Positions 31,644-43,220 of a stretch of 64,000 nt of DNA are shown here, one piece after another; within the stretch, counting starts at the first letter, position 1, and every line of letters begins with the position of its first letter. This DNA is from Macrostomum hystrix (Eukaryota > Animalia > Platyhelminthes): assembly GCA_950097015.1 (NCBI GenBank), contig CATNEN010000002.1, positions 2,046,001-2,110,000 on the forward strand. The letters are read 5' to 3'. Below the pieces are notes generated by a model that made no database searches, had not been told where the DNA came from, and saw only the letters and a list, made by a program, of their open reading frames with translations. The translations under genes were made by a program, and so were the position numbers.

Positions 31644-34600
31644 ATTCAAAGGAGCGGCGTTTTATTCGTAAAAGAAACAATTTTTGTTCGGTTTATCAAT
31701 TAGAATCACACTTGGTCGGAGACTATTATCATACCTGACAGAGAACATTTTCAATGGATTTTAAATCCAAATCCAATGAAACGATTACTAACCGACCTCT
31801 CGGCTTGGATAAACTCACAGGTGAGAATATTGTTTTGTTGCAGTGTTGCTAGGGCTCAAAACGGCCCTTTTAAGGTCCACCTAGTACGCGCAGGTCTCAC
31901 AGTCGCTCCCAGATTAAAGTCTCCTCTCTTGATACCCATTAAAACTCAGTCACTAAAAAAGCTGACATTTTCGAATCTCCGTAGTGTATTTTTCGACGAA
32001 AACACAAACATTTTCTAAGAAACGTAATTTCCCGTCTCTCTACTCCTATTGGTCCTTGGTCTTCCCAGACCGAGGGAACACAATGATGCGGTCTAGTTTG
32101 TGTTCACCATCAAAATAAACTGAGCATAGAGTTTATCGAAGTTGCACATTGTGAAAGTTAATAACAACACTCATAAATTAACTACAGTTGAACTCATTAC
32201 GAGCAACAATGTGCCAAACGACACTACAACAAGTAAAGTGCAGTATCAGGGCTACATTTGTCGATTGGATCTAGTTGAGAATGCGTTTCAGTGTGAGTTC
32301 ATTTTCATTGCGCATCGGCATAATGTAGCTAGTGATAGTTTTAGTAGACTTAGCAAATCGATTTGACAATTTCAGGGTGCTATTACTGGGCAGTAGTTCG
32401 TGTCGGACATCTGTTTCTGTTTCGGAATCGCCAGCCGGACACCACCTGTCACAGCGAGCACTTGCTCAGCCAATACTGGCATGTTGATGACTCGTTATTG
32501 TACTTTCTGTTGATTCGCCGTTGTGTGTGCTGAGCTTGAGTGATTTCACGCTAATGAGCAGTCATTTAGTGGGATAGTGAGTAGTCATCAAATAGGTTAT
32601 GAGCAGTCATTTAGTAGGATAGTGAGTAGTCATTCGGTGAGTTATGAGCAGTCATTTAGTAGGATAGTGAGTAGTCATTCGGTGAGTTATGAGCAGTCAT
32701 TTAGTAGGATTGTGAGTAGTCATTCGGTGAGTTATGAGCAGTCATTTAGTAGGATAGTGAGTAGTCATTCGGTGAGTTATGAGCAGTCATTTAGTAGGAT
32801 AGTGAGTAGTCATTCGGTGAGTTATGAGCAGTCATTTAGTAGGATTGTGAGTAGTCATTCGGTGAGTTATGAGCAGTCATTTAGTAGGATAGTGAGTAGT
32901 CATTTGGTGAGTTATGAGCAGTCATTTAGTAGGATAGTGAGTAGTCATTCGGTGAGTTATGAGCAGTCATTTAGTAGGATTGTGAGTAGTCATTTGGTGA
33001 GTTATGAGCAGTCATTTAGTAGGATAGTGAGTAGTCATTCGGTGAGTTATGAGCAGTCATTTAGTAGGATAGTGAGTAGTCATTTGGTGAGTTATGAGCA
33101 GTCATTTAGTAGGATAGTGAGTAGTCATTTGGTGAGTTATGAGCAGTCATTTAGTAGGATAGTGAGTAGTCATTCGGTGAGTTATGAGCAGTCATTTAGT
33201 AGGATAGTGAGTAGTCATTCGGTGAGTTATGAGCAGTCATTTAGTAGGATAGTGAGTAGTCATTCGGTGAGTTATGAGCAGTCATTTAGTAGGATTGTGA
33301 GTAGTCATTCGGTGAGTTATGAGCAGTCATTTAGTAGGATTGTGAGTAGTCATTCGGTGAGTTATGAGCAGTCATTTAGTAGGATAGTGAGTAGTCATTC
33401 GGTGAGTTATGAGCAGTCATTTAGTAGGATAGTGAGTAGTCATTCGGTGAGTTATGAGCAGTCATTTAGTAGGATTGTAAGTAGTCATTCGGTGAGTTAT
33501 GAGCAGTCATTTAGTAGGATTGTGAGTAGTCATTCGGTGAGTTATGAGCAGTCATTACCATAGTTATGAGCAGTCATTACTAGAGTTATGAGCAGTCGTA
33601 AGTGAATCGCTTGGGTCATTCTGCAGTTTCAGTGGCATCGAGGAGAAGAAAGGGCGACCGAAAGGCATGCTTTACTGCCGGCTTCGCTACCGCAATGACT
33701 CCAGCTTGTCGATGCCGCAGTCAGGGCCTGACCTGGATCTCGGCTGGAGCAATGCTTACCAGTGGGAGAGGCTGCTCAGGGACCAAGTCGGTCCGGTCGA
33801 AGGCAAGTCCAGCTCGGCCGAAGAGGCCTGTCGTCGGCGGACCAAGGAGGCGTCGTGTGCTCACCGGATTCTCATGGTAGCATTGCGCAACATCACTGAC
33901 TATAGCGGCTCTGCCACGACTGCCGCGGTCAACAATTCTTTTGAAAGCGACGTCAATAGCGACGAATTCTTTGGCGAGGACGGTATGCCATTGCCGCGCA
34001 AAATGCCGAAGGTGCGTCATCTACGCCTACGCTCGGATTTCTGTTTTGCGCTAAATTCTGACATTTCTACTGACGCCAGTAGCACTGTTGGAATATGAAT
34101 TGGATTTGCTTTTTTTGACTTCCAAGGATGAATTTGGTAAAAAAATAGAAGAACAGGGAACATTAGAAGTATGTCATGCTTTTCTCTTAGTACATAATGT
34201 TATTGCCCTGATATTTCATGTTTTACTATTTTATATTACTAATCTTATCCCGTAAAATGACCCTCAGGCCCCACTGGCGGGTCTGTTTATTGGCAAGCCA
34301 AAGGCCAACAATTATGCGGATTCGTCTGTTGGCTCCTTATCGAGAGCGCCAGTGAAGCAGCAGCCACAGCAGCAAGCCGTCTACGCCGAAGATGACAACA
34401 TCTATGACTCGGCTACCGACTCCACATCAGCCGCCGCCGCCGTTAAACTCGAGGCTGACAATGAATATCTGTCGCCCGATGATTTGGATCAGCCTGTGTT
34501 GCCGGCTCGTCGACAACTGCCAACGCCGCAGATGACTGCGCCTATGGCCAACCCGCTGCAGAAACCTGCCTTCAAGGTAAACAATAGAATGACCAATCAG

Positions 34601-37600
34601 AACTGTGCCTGCTAAAGGTCAAGGTCGTATCAACGGTCAGGCATCACGCAAGCGATGCGTGGTTTCTGCACCAATAAAAAAATCCACTGATGAGCAGTCA
34701 TCACCATAGTTATGAGCTGTCAGTGCCATAGTTATGAGCAGTCATTGAAGTAGTTCTGAGCAGCCATTACCATAGTTATGAGCAGCCATTATCAGAGTGA
34801 TGAGCAGTCATCACCATAGTTATGAGCAGTCAGTGCCATAGTTATGAGCAGTCATTGCCATAGTTATGAGCAGTCATTGCAGTAGTTCTGAGCAGTCATT
34901 ACCATAGTTATGAGCAGTCATTACCATAGTTATGAGCAGTCATTGCAGTAGTTATGAGCAGTCATTGCAGTAGTTATGAGCAGTCATTGCAGTAGTTATG
35001 AGCAGTCATTACCATAGTTATGAGCAGTCATTACCATAGTTATGAGCAGTCATCACCATAGTTATGAGCAGTCATTACCATAGTTATGAGCAGTCATTGC
35101 AGTAGTTATGAGCAGTCATTACCATAGTTATGAGCAGTAATAACTAGCATTAATGACTTAGCAGCCAGACTTCTTATCTGCACCAATTAAACAAGCCACT
35201 TAAAATACAATTATTATTTGAACCAATCAAAGCAGGCATTGCAGCAGCAGGTACAGCTCAAACAGTTGGGGTTGGCAGCTGCGAGTCAGGCGAACTCCAA
35301 GGTGTCAGGCATGGCTGAGATTGTGTCCGACAGTCAGCCAGCCGAGGCATCCATTCGCTACTTTTATCGGGCTTATCAGAATCCCGCCGGGCAGGCCCAA
35401 GAGGCTATTGCGTAAGATTGTGCTTCCAGGGGATTCAATTAGGATTCTCGAAGGACTAAATCGGGATTATTGAAGAGTTCTATGGGGACTGTGGAAGGAT
35501 TGTGTTGGGATTCGGTAATTACTGAATTAGGATTCTGGAAGGATCAAATGGGGATTGTAGAAGGGGTGGAATCGGGATTTCAGGAAGATTTCTATTGGGA
35601 TTATGGAAGGATTCTATTGTGATTATGGAAGGATTCTATTGAGATTCTGAAAGGATTCTATTGGGATTCTGGAAGGATTCTATTGGGATTCTGGAAGGAT
35701 TCTATTGGGATTCTGGAAGGATTCTATTGAGATTCTGGAAAGATTCTATTGGGATTCTGGAAGGATTCTATTGGGATTCTGGAAGGATTCTATTGGGATT
35801 CTGGAAGGATTCTATTAGGGTTATGGAAGGATTCTATTGTGATTATGGAAGGATTCTATTGTGATTATGGAAGGATTCTATTGTGATTATGGAAGGATTC
35901 TATTGTGATTATGGAAGGATTCTATTGAGATTCCGAAAGGATTCTATTGGGATTCTGGAACGATTCTATTGGGATTCTGGAAGGATTCTATTGGGATTCT
36001 GGAAGGATTCTATTGTGATTATGGAAGGATTCTATTGGGATTCTGAAATGATTCTATTGTGATTATGGAAGGATTCTATTGGGATTCTGGAAGGATTCTA
36101 TTGGGATTCTGAAAGGATTCAAATAGGCTTCAGGAAGGATTGCGTTGGGACTTAGAAAGAATTCTACAAAGATTCTGGAAGGATTCTAAAGTTAGTTAGA
36201 AAAATTTATCAAAACTTTGTTATACATAACTAGTATTTTTTTATTTCCGGTTTTTTTAAATTCTCAATTCAAGAATGCAATATTTTTAGAAATCTGAATG
36301 GCAAACCACGCGGCACCTTCACTGTGCTTGGCTACCTGAACAGCAAGCCTAGAAAAGTATTCTCTCTGTACGTTCAAACTGGTAGCCAGGTGGCTGTTTA
36401 TCAGGTTTGCGAGCAGAACAGCGGCTACAGGATCCTGCCATCGGATCAGAGTCACGGAACAATGAGCCAGCTGTTGTATCACTATCACATCTGTGACCTG
36501 CCAGCCACTGACGGCCAGCAGGAGTCCGGCCTTAAGCTAACTAGACCCGTTGACGGTGAAGAGTAAGAACTGGGAGGGGCTGGCGAGGGCTGGAGTGACA
36601 GACAACCAGGGTGACAGACTGACAGAGAAACAGACACACAAAGTTACAGACTTACAAATTAACAGACACACAGACAAAGAGAGTGATAGACTTAACAAAT
36701 AGTAACAGGCTTAACAAAAAGTGACGGACTTAACAAAGAGTGACAGACTTAACAGAGAGTAGCAGAATTAACAAAGAGTGACAGAGAGACAGAGTGACAA
36801 ATCTAACAAAGAGTGACAGAGAGACAGAGTGACAGAGTGACAGACAGACAGTGACAGACTGACAGAGTGACAGACAAACAGAGTGACAGACAAACAGAGT
36901 GACAGACAAGCAGACAAACAGAGTGACAGAGTGGCATATTAACAGGCTGACAGACAAACAGAGTGACGGACAAACGGAGTCACCGACTTAACGAAGTGAC
37001 AAATTCCTTTCAATTTTCCAGGAAGTTCAGCTTTCTCTGCTCGGCCGCGTGGACCCTTGCTGACCGAGCTCTGTGTCAAAAGTAAAACAAAACTTAAATA
37101 AAAATTAACTAAACTATTTGGTTAGCCGATTATCAATTTCTAGTAAAATAACAAGAGTCTGCTCTCTCATCCGGTTGCAGACTGCTGACAGGCACACCCA
37201 CAGGTACATTCGCTGTAGTTAGCGATGTCACAGCGAGCCGGTTCTGCCTGTACGTGTCTAGAGGAGGTCAGGTGGTTAAGACTCAGCTGGAGACAGGGCA
37301 GGTGAGTTCTCAGCGACAATCAGCTCACAGTGTTTTTTAATTGGGCTATTTAAATTAATGAGTTTGCACCGCGAAATCTCACTGATGGTGAGAGAGTAGA
37401 GAGCAGAGAGTAGACTGTAGGGAAAGTAGACAGCGGAGAGAGTAGACAGTAGGGAAAGTAGACAGCGGAGAGAGTAGACAGTAGGGAAAGTAGACAGCGA
37501 AGAGAGTAGACTGTAGGGAAAGTAGACAGCGAAGAGAGTAGACAGTAGGCAAAGTAGACAGCGGAGAGAGTAGACAGTAGGGAAAGTAGACAGCGGAGAG

Positions 37601-40600
37601 AGTAGACAGTAGGCAAAGTAGACAGCGGAGAGAGTAGACAGTAGGGAAATTAGACAGCGGAGAGAGTAGACAGTAGGGAAATTAGACAGCGGAGAGAGTA
37701 GACAGTAGGGAAATTAGACAGCGGAGAGAGTAGACAGTAGGGAAAGTAGACAGCGCAGAGAGTAGACTGTAAGGAAAGTAGACAGCGGAGAGAGTAGACA
37801 GTAGGGAAATTAGACAGCGGAGAGAGTAGACTGTAAGGAAAGTGGACAGCGGAGAGAGTAGACTGTAAGGAAAGTGGACAGCGGAGAGAGTAGACAGTAG
37901 GGAAAGTAGACAGCGGAGAGAGTAGACAGTAGGGAAATTAGACAGCGGAGAGAGTAGACAGTAGGGAAAGTAGACAGCGGAGAGAGTAGACAGTAGGGAA
38001 AGTAGACAGCGGAGAGAGTAGACAGTAGGGAAAGTAGACAGCGGAGAGAGTAGACAGTAGGCAAATAGACAGCGGAGAGAGTAGACAGTAGGCAAAGTAG
38101 ACAGCAGAGAGAGTAGACTGTAAGGAAAGTAGACAGCGGAGAGAGTAGACAGTAGGGAAATTAGACAGCGGAGAGAGTAGACAGTAGGGAAAGTAGACAG
38201 CGGAGAGAGTAGACAGTAGGGAAAGTAGACAGCGGAGAGAGTAGACAGTAGGGAAAGTAGACAGCGGAGAGAGTAGACAGTAGGCAAATAGACAGCGGAG
38301 AGAGTAGACAGTAGGCAAAGTAGACAGCAGAGAGAGTAGACTGTAAGGAAAGTAGACAGCGGAGAGAGTAGACAGTAGGCAAATAGACAGCGGAGAGAGT
38401 AGACAGTAAGGAAAGTAGACAGCGGAGAGAGTAGACAGTAGGCAAATAGACAGCGGAGAGAGTAGACAGTAGGCAAAGTAGACAGCGGAGAGAGTAGACA
38501 GTAGGCAAAGTAAACAGCGGAGAGAGTAGACAGTAGAGAAATTAGACAGCGGAGAGAGTAGACAGTAGGGAAAGTAGACAGCGGAGAGAGTAGACAGTAG
38601 GGAAATTAGACAGCGGAGAGAGTAGACAGTAGGGAAATTAGACAGCGGAGAGAGTAGACAGTAGGGAAATTAGACAGCGGAGAGAGTAGACAGTAGGGAA
38701 ATTAGACAGCGGAGAGAGTAGACAGTAGGGAAAGTAGACAGCGGAGAGAGTAGACTGTAGGGAAAGTAGACAGCGGAGAAAGTAGACAGTAGGGAAAGTA
38801 GACAGCGAAGAGAGTAGACAGTAGGCAAATAGACAGCGGAGAGAGTAGACAGTAGGCAAAGTAGACAGCGGAGAGAGTAGACTGTAAGGAAAGTAGACAG
38901 CGGAGAGAGTAGACAGTAGGCAAATAGACAGCGGAGAGAGTAGACAGTAGGCAAAGTAGACAGCGGAGAGAGTAGACAGTAGGCAAAGTAAACAGCGGAG
39001 AGAGTAGACAGTAGAGAAATTAGACAGCGGAGAGAGTAGACAGTAGGGAAAGTAGACAGCGGAGAGAGTAGACAGTAGGGAAATTAGACAGCGGAGAGAG
39101 TAGACAGTAGGGAAATTAGACAGCGGAGAGAGTAGACAGTAGGGAAATTAGACAGCGGAGAGAGTAGACAGTAGGCAAAGTAGACAGCGGAGAGAGTAGA
39201 CAGTAAGGAAAGTAGACAGCGGAGAGAGTAGACAGTAGGGAAAGTAGACAGCGGAGAGAGTAGACAGTAGGGAAATTAGACAGCGGAGAGAGTAGACAGT
39301 AGGGAAAGTAGACAGCGGAGAGAGTAGACTGTAGGGAAAGTAGACAGCGGAGAAAGTAGACAGTAGGGAAAGTAGACAGCGAAGAGAGTAGACAGTAGGC
39401 AAATAGACAGCGGAGAGAGTAGACAGTAGGCAAAGTAGACAGCGGAGAGAGTAGACTGTAAGGAAAGTAGACAGCGGAGAGAGTAGACAGTAGGGAAAGT
39501 AGACAGCGGAGAGAGTAGACAGTAGGGAAAGTAGACAGCGGAGAGAGTAGACAGTAGGCAAATAGACAGCGGAGAGAGTAGACAGTAGGGAAAGTAGACA
39601 GCGGAGAGAGTAGACAGTAGGCAAATAGACAGCGAAGAGAGTAGACAGTAGGCAAATAGACAGCGGAGAGAGTAGACAGTAGGGAAAGTAGACAGCGGAG
39701 AGAGTAGACAGTAGGGAAAGCAGAGTAGCCAGCAGAGTAGCCAGCAGAGTAGACAGCAGTGTAGACAGCGGATAGGGAGGAATAGAGTGGTGAGTAGACT
39801 TCGCCACAACTAACGCCAGCAGGGCCAAATCTGGGCGGAATCGCATGTCAAGTTCGCGTCACTGGAGGCCCTGCTAGAGCACTATCACAGTCAGGCGCTG
39901 ATTGTCTCGCTTGTTGGCGGAGGTCAACAGGAGATGGGCATCAAGCTGGTGACTCCCTGCCAATTGTCCGAGTGAGCAAATTAGTCTCCACCATTCGTCA
40001 GATATTTATCATAGAAAACTTCACAGGTGCCAGTTTTCTAACCTTGCTCCAGGCAATTCGCTGGAAACGTCAAACACTACCTGGACCAGCAAGTCGAGGA
40101 GGAAACAGAGGAGCTGCAAGGAGCCGACAGCGGCATCGGCGGAGGAGGCGCCGTTCTAGTTGAGACTCGGCGCCTCGGACCAGTCAGCGTTCGCAGCGAG
40201 AGCGGCAGCGACCTGTCGCACGATCCGGTGCCAATTCTGCAGGTGGATTTGACCAAGAAGTACAAGGGACCAATCAGCGTCACACAGAGCCAGTTCCGCT
40301 GCTTTAAGGTCAGTTTGAGCTGAGCCACAATTTTGGGTTGGGCGACTGGTTGAGTAGGGGATTTCTTGGCGTTGGTGTCTTTATGAGGGTGTATCGGGGT
40401 GGGTGTCTTTGTCAGGGGTATTTCTTGGGGTGGGTGTCTTTGGGAGGGGGTGTATCGGGGTGGGTGTCTTTGTGAGGGGATTTCTTGGGGTGGGTGTCTT
40501 TGGGACAGGATTTCTTGGGGTGGGTGTCTTTGGGAGGGGGTGTATCGGGGTGGGTGTCTTTGTCAGGGGATTTCTTGGGGTGGGTGTCTTTAGGAGGGGG

Positions 40601-42019
40601 TGTATCGGGGTGGGTGTCTTTGTCAGGGGATTTCTTGGGGTGGGTGTCTTTGGGACAGGATTTCTTTGGTTGGGTGTCTTTGCCAGGGGTATTTCTTGGG
40701 GTGGGTGTCTTTGGGAGGGGGTGTATCGGGGTGGGTGTCTTTGTCAGGAGATTTCTTGGGGTGGGTGTCTTTGGGAGGGGGTGTATCGGAGTGGGTGTCT
40801 TTGTCAGGGGATTTCTTGGGGTGGGTGTCTTTGGGAGGGGGTGTATCGGGGTGGGTGTCTTTGTCAGGGGATTTCTTGGGGTGGGTGTCTTTGGGACAGG
40901 ATTTCTTTGGTTGGGTGTCTTTGTCAGGGGTATTTCTTGGGGTGGGTGTCTTTGGGAGGGGGTGCATCGGGGTGGGTGTCTTTGGGAGGGGATTTCTTGG
41001 GGTGGATGCCTTTGGGACAGGATTTCTTTGGTTGGGTGTCTTTGTCAGGGGGTTTCTTGGGGTGGGTGTCTTTGGGCGGGGATTTCTTGGGGTGGGTGTC
41101 TTTGGGAGGGGTGTATTGGGGTGGGTGTCTTTGGGGGATTTCTTGGAGTGGGTGTCTTTGGGAAGGGGTTTCTTGGGGTGGGTGTCTTTGGGCAGGGATT
41201 TCTTGGGGTGGGTGTCTTTGGGAGGGGTGTATTGGGGTGGGTGTCTTTGGGGGATTTCTTGGGGTGGGTGTCTTTGGGAGGGGGTGTATCGGAGTGGGTG
41301 TCTTTGTCAGGGGATTTCTTGGGGTGGGTGTCTTTAGGAGGGGGTTTATCGGGGTGCGTGTCTTTGTCAGGGGATTTCTTGGGGTGGGTGTCTTTGGGAG
41401 GGGGTGTATCGGGGTGGGTGTCTTTGTCAGTGGATTTCTTGGGGTGGATGCCTTTGGGACAGGATTTCTTTGGTTGGGTGTCTTTGTCAGGGGGTTTCTT
41501 GGGGTGGGTGTCTTTGGGCGGGGATTTCTTGGGGTGGGTGTCTTTGGGAGGGGTGTATTGGGGTGGGTGTCTTTGGGGGATTTCTTGGAGTGGGTGTCTT
41601 TGGGAAGGGGTTTCTTGGGGTGGGTGTCTTTGGGAGGGGGTGTTTTTTTGGGGTGGGCGACTTAATGAGAGGGTTTTCTTGTGGCGAGTGTCCTTATGGG
41701 AGAGGATTTCTGGGCTGGGTGTCCATATTAGAGGGGGTTTCTTGGGATGGGTGTCCATATTGGAGGCGGTTTCTTGGGTTGAGTGCCCATATGGGAGGGG
41801 TTTCTTGGTCAAGAGTTTTTAGGTATGTTTGTTGAGAGTGGATTCATATCTGGAGGGTGACTTAGTGGGCCTGGTAGTGTGCCCACCACCTGGTTGCCAT
41901 CCCAACCGCAAACCTTTCTCCAGGAGTTCTACAGCCTGAAACGGCATCCGGACATAGCATTCGACAGTTTGGACAAGCTCATGCTGTACGTGTGGTCTCA
42001 CCCGGACAAGCTGCGCTGA
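31644..42019 (+). CDS. PH + Tyr/Pro-rich linker + two or three tandem atypical SH2 domains (SH3BP2/SLP-76-like adaptor); 5' end not resolved, at least 679 aa
   Basis: Phase-compatible exons 31644-31667, 31742-31820, 32376-32493, 33633-34011, 34268-34576, 35236-35411, 36290-36562, 37022-37081, 37181-37301, 39823-39971, 40053-40308, 41924-42019. PH-like YWAVVRVGHLFLFRN...YQWERLLR; motifs NIYDS, NEYLSP; SH2-like PRGTFTVL..FSLYV..HGTMSQLLYHY, PTGTFAVV..FCLYV..FASLEALLEHY, FDSLDKLMLY. The first two exons and the 32493 donor are the weakest parts. Confidence 0.7.
32560..33595. repeat. 45-bp minisatellite (intron)
   Basis: gttatgagcagtcatttagtaggatagtgagtagtcattcggtga, about 22 copies. Confidence 0.95.
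34686..35140. repeat. 22-bp minisatellite related to the 45-mer
   Basis: gttatgagcagtcattaccata units share the gttatgagcagtcat core with 32560-33595. Confidence 0.9.
35590..36190. repeat. 22-bp minisatellite (intron)
   Basis: ggaaggattctattgggattct units. Confidence 0.9.
36595..37000. repeat. ACAG/GTGACAGA low-complexity repeat (intron)
   Basis: Recurrent gagtgacagac(aaaca). Confidence 0.8.
37390..39720. repeat. 32-bp minisatellite, about 2.3 kb (intron)
   Basis: gtagacagcggagagagtagacagtagggaaa units. Confidence 0.95.
40378..41650. repeat. About 29-30-bp G-rich minisatellite with G-quadruplex motifs (last intron)
   Basis: ggggtgggtgtctttgggagggggtgtatc and variants. Confidence 0.9.
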
Positions 42020-42384
42020 GCGGAATGCCGCAAAAGTGCTCATGAAGGATTATGACCATTTTTATCCATTTACTCTAGCAAATGAAAATATTTCTGATAT
42101 TATTATTCAGTAAGTGTATCCAAATTGCGGTCATACGTGCATCTCAATTGATCTTTTGTTTGTTAAGATTTTTTACCAATGAGCAAATCGTTCCACTGAT
42201 TTAAATTATATTATTTCAATATGTTACATAGTACATGTTATCATTTAATATTGAAATTTGAATATGATGATTTTATTATTATGAAAACAATAAAGCGTAA
42301 AAGGTACGAGTGCTTAAAAGGCTAGGGACCAAGTGTACACTGACACTATCCTTTCTTCCCTCATTCACGTTTCCTTCATTCTAA

Positions 42385-42505
42385 TTGGACAGGCAGAATG
42401 CACATTGACACCCACCCCACGCCTTTCTTAATATCTAAACTTGATTAATTCTAATTGGGTTAGGCAGAATGCACATTGACACCCACCCCACGCCTTTCTT
42501 AATCT
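42385..42505. repeat. About 70-bp dimer downstream of paralog A, homologous to 49255-49470
   Basis: cacattgacacccaccccacgcctt core present twice. Confidence 0.6.
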
Positions 42506-43220
42506 TCATTCATTCTAATTTGAAGGAACACCCACCTTGCACTCAATATGTCCCTTGATTCAGCGAAAAAATAATTTTTATAAAATGACATTATTGTTTT
42601 ACGAGTAAATAAATAAGTCTTTTTTTCGCTAAATAAGCAACAACAAAATTTTTGAATTTCCCATTTTGTTGATCCCACTAGAAAAAACTACGGGAATTAT
42701 AAGGAGACAATTTGAAAGATATTTAAATTTGTGTATTTAAAAAAGATAAGGCGTCAGCCAAAGATTTGCTGATAAAGGTTTTTTAGGTAAACAAATGTAG
42801 AAGATGTAAGTAAGTCTCACAAACTTACATGAAAAGGCCACAAAAAAGCGAAAGAGTCATTTTTATAAAGAAGTTTAAAAAGCTATTTGAAACAAGGCAG
42901 ATAGGATCAAACAATATAAAAGAGCTGAATGCTTGATAGAACTTGCGTGGCACAGAAAAATCGATAATAGTACAGCCTACCTTACCGTATTGTGACTCCA
43001 ATTTGGACGGAAAACATCTATAGAGAAAAATATAAAACGATTTAAAAAAATGTCTACCGCCCTTCAGTGACTAGAAAGTGTTGCAGAATTTTGCAAACAA
43101 AAAATATAAAGAAAAAAAACACTAAATATTCGAGAACAGACGAGATTAGTGCACAAGACTATTTCAAGTCCAGTCAAGAGAACTACTTGGTTAAGTATTA
43201 TCACAGTCCAAACAAGGAAA

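Noticed and set aside
32560-33595. Regular arrays that could be mistaken for CRISPR
   Set aside because: The units are head-to-tail with no unique spacers, there are no cas genes, and the context is eukaryotic introns.
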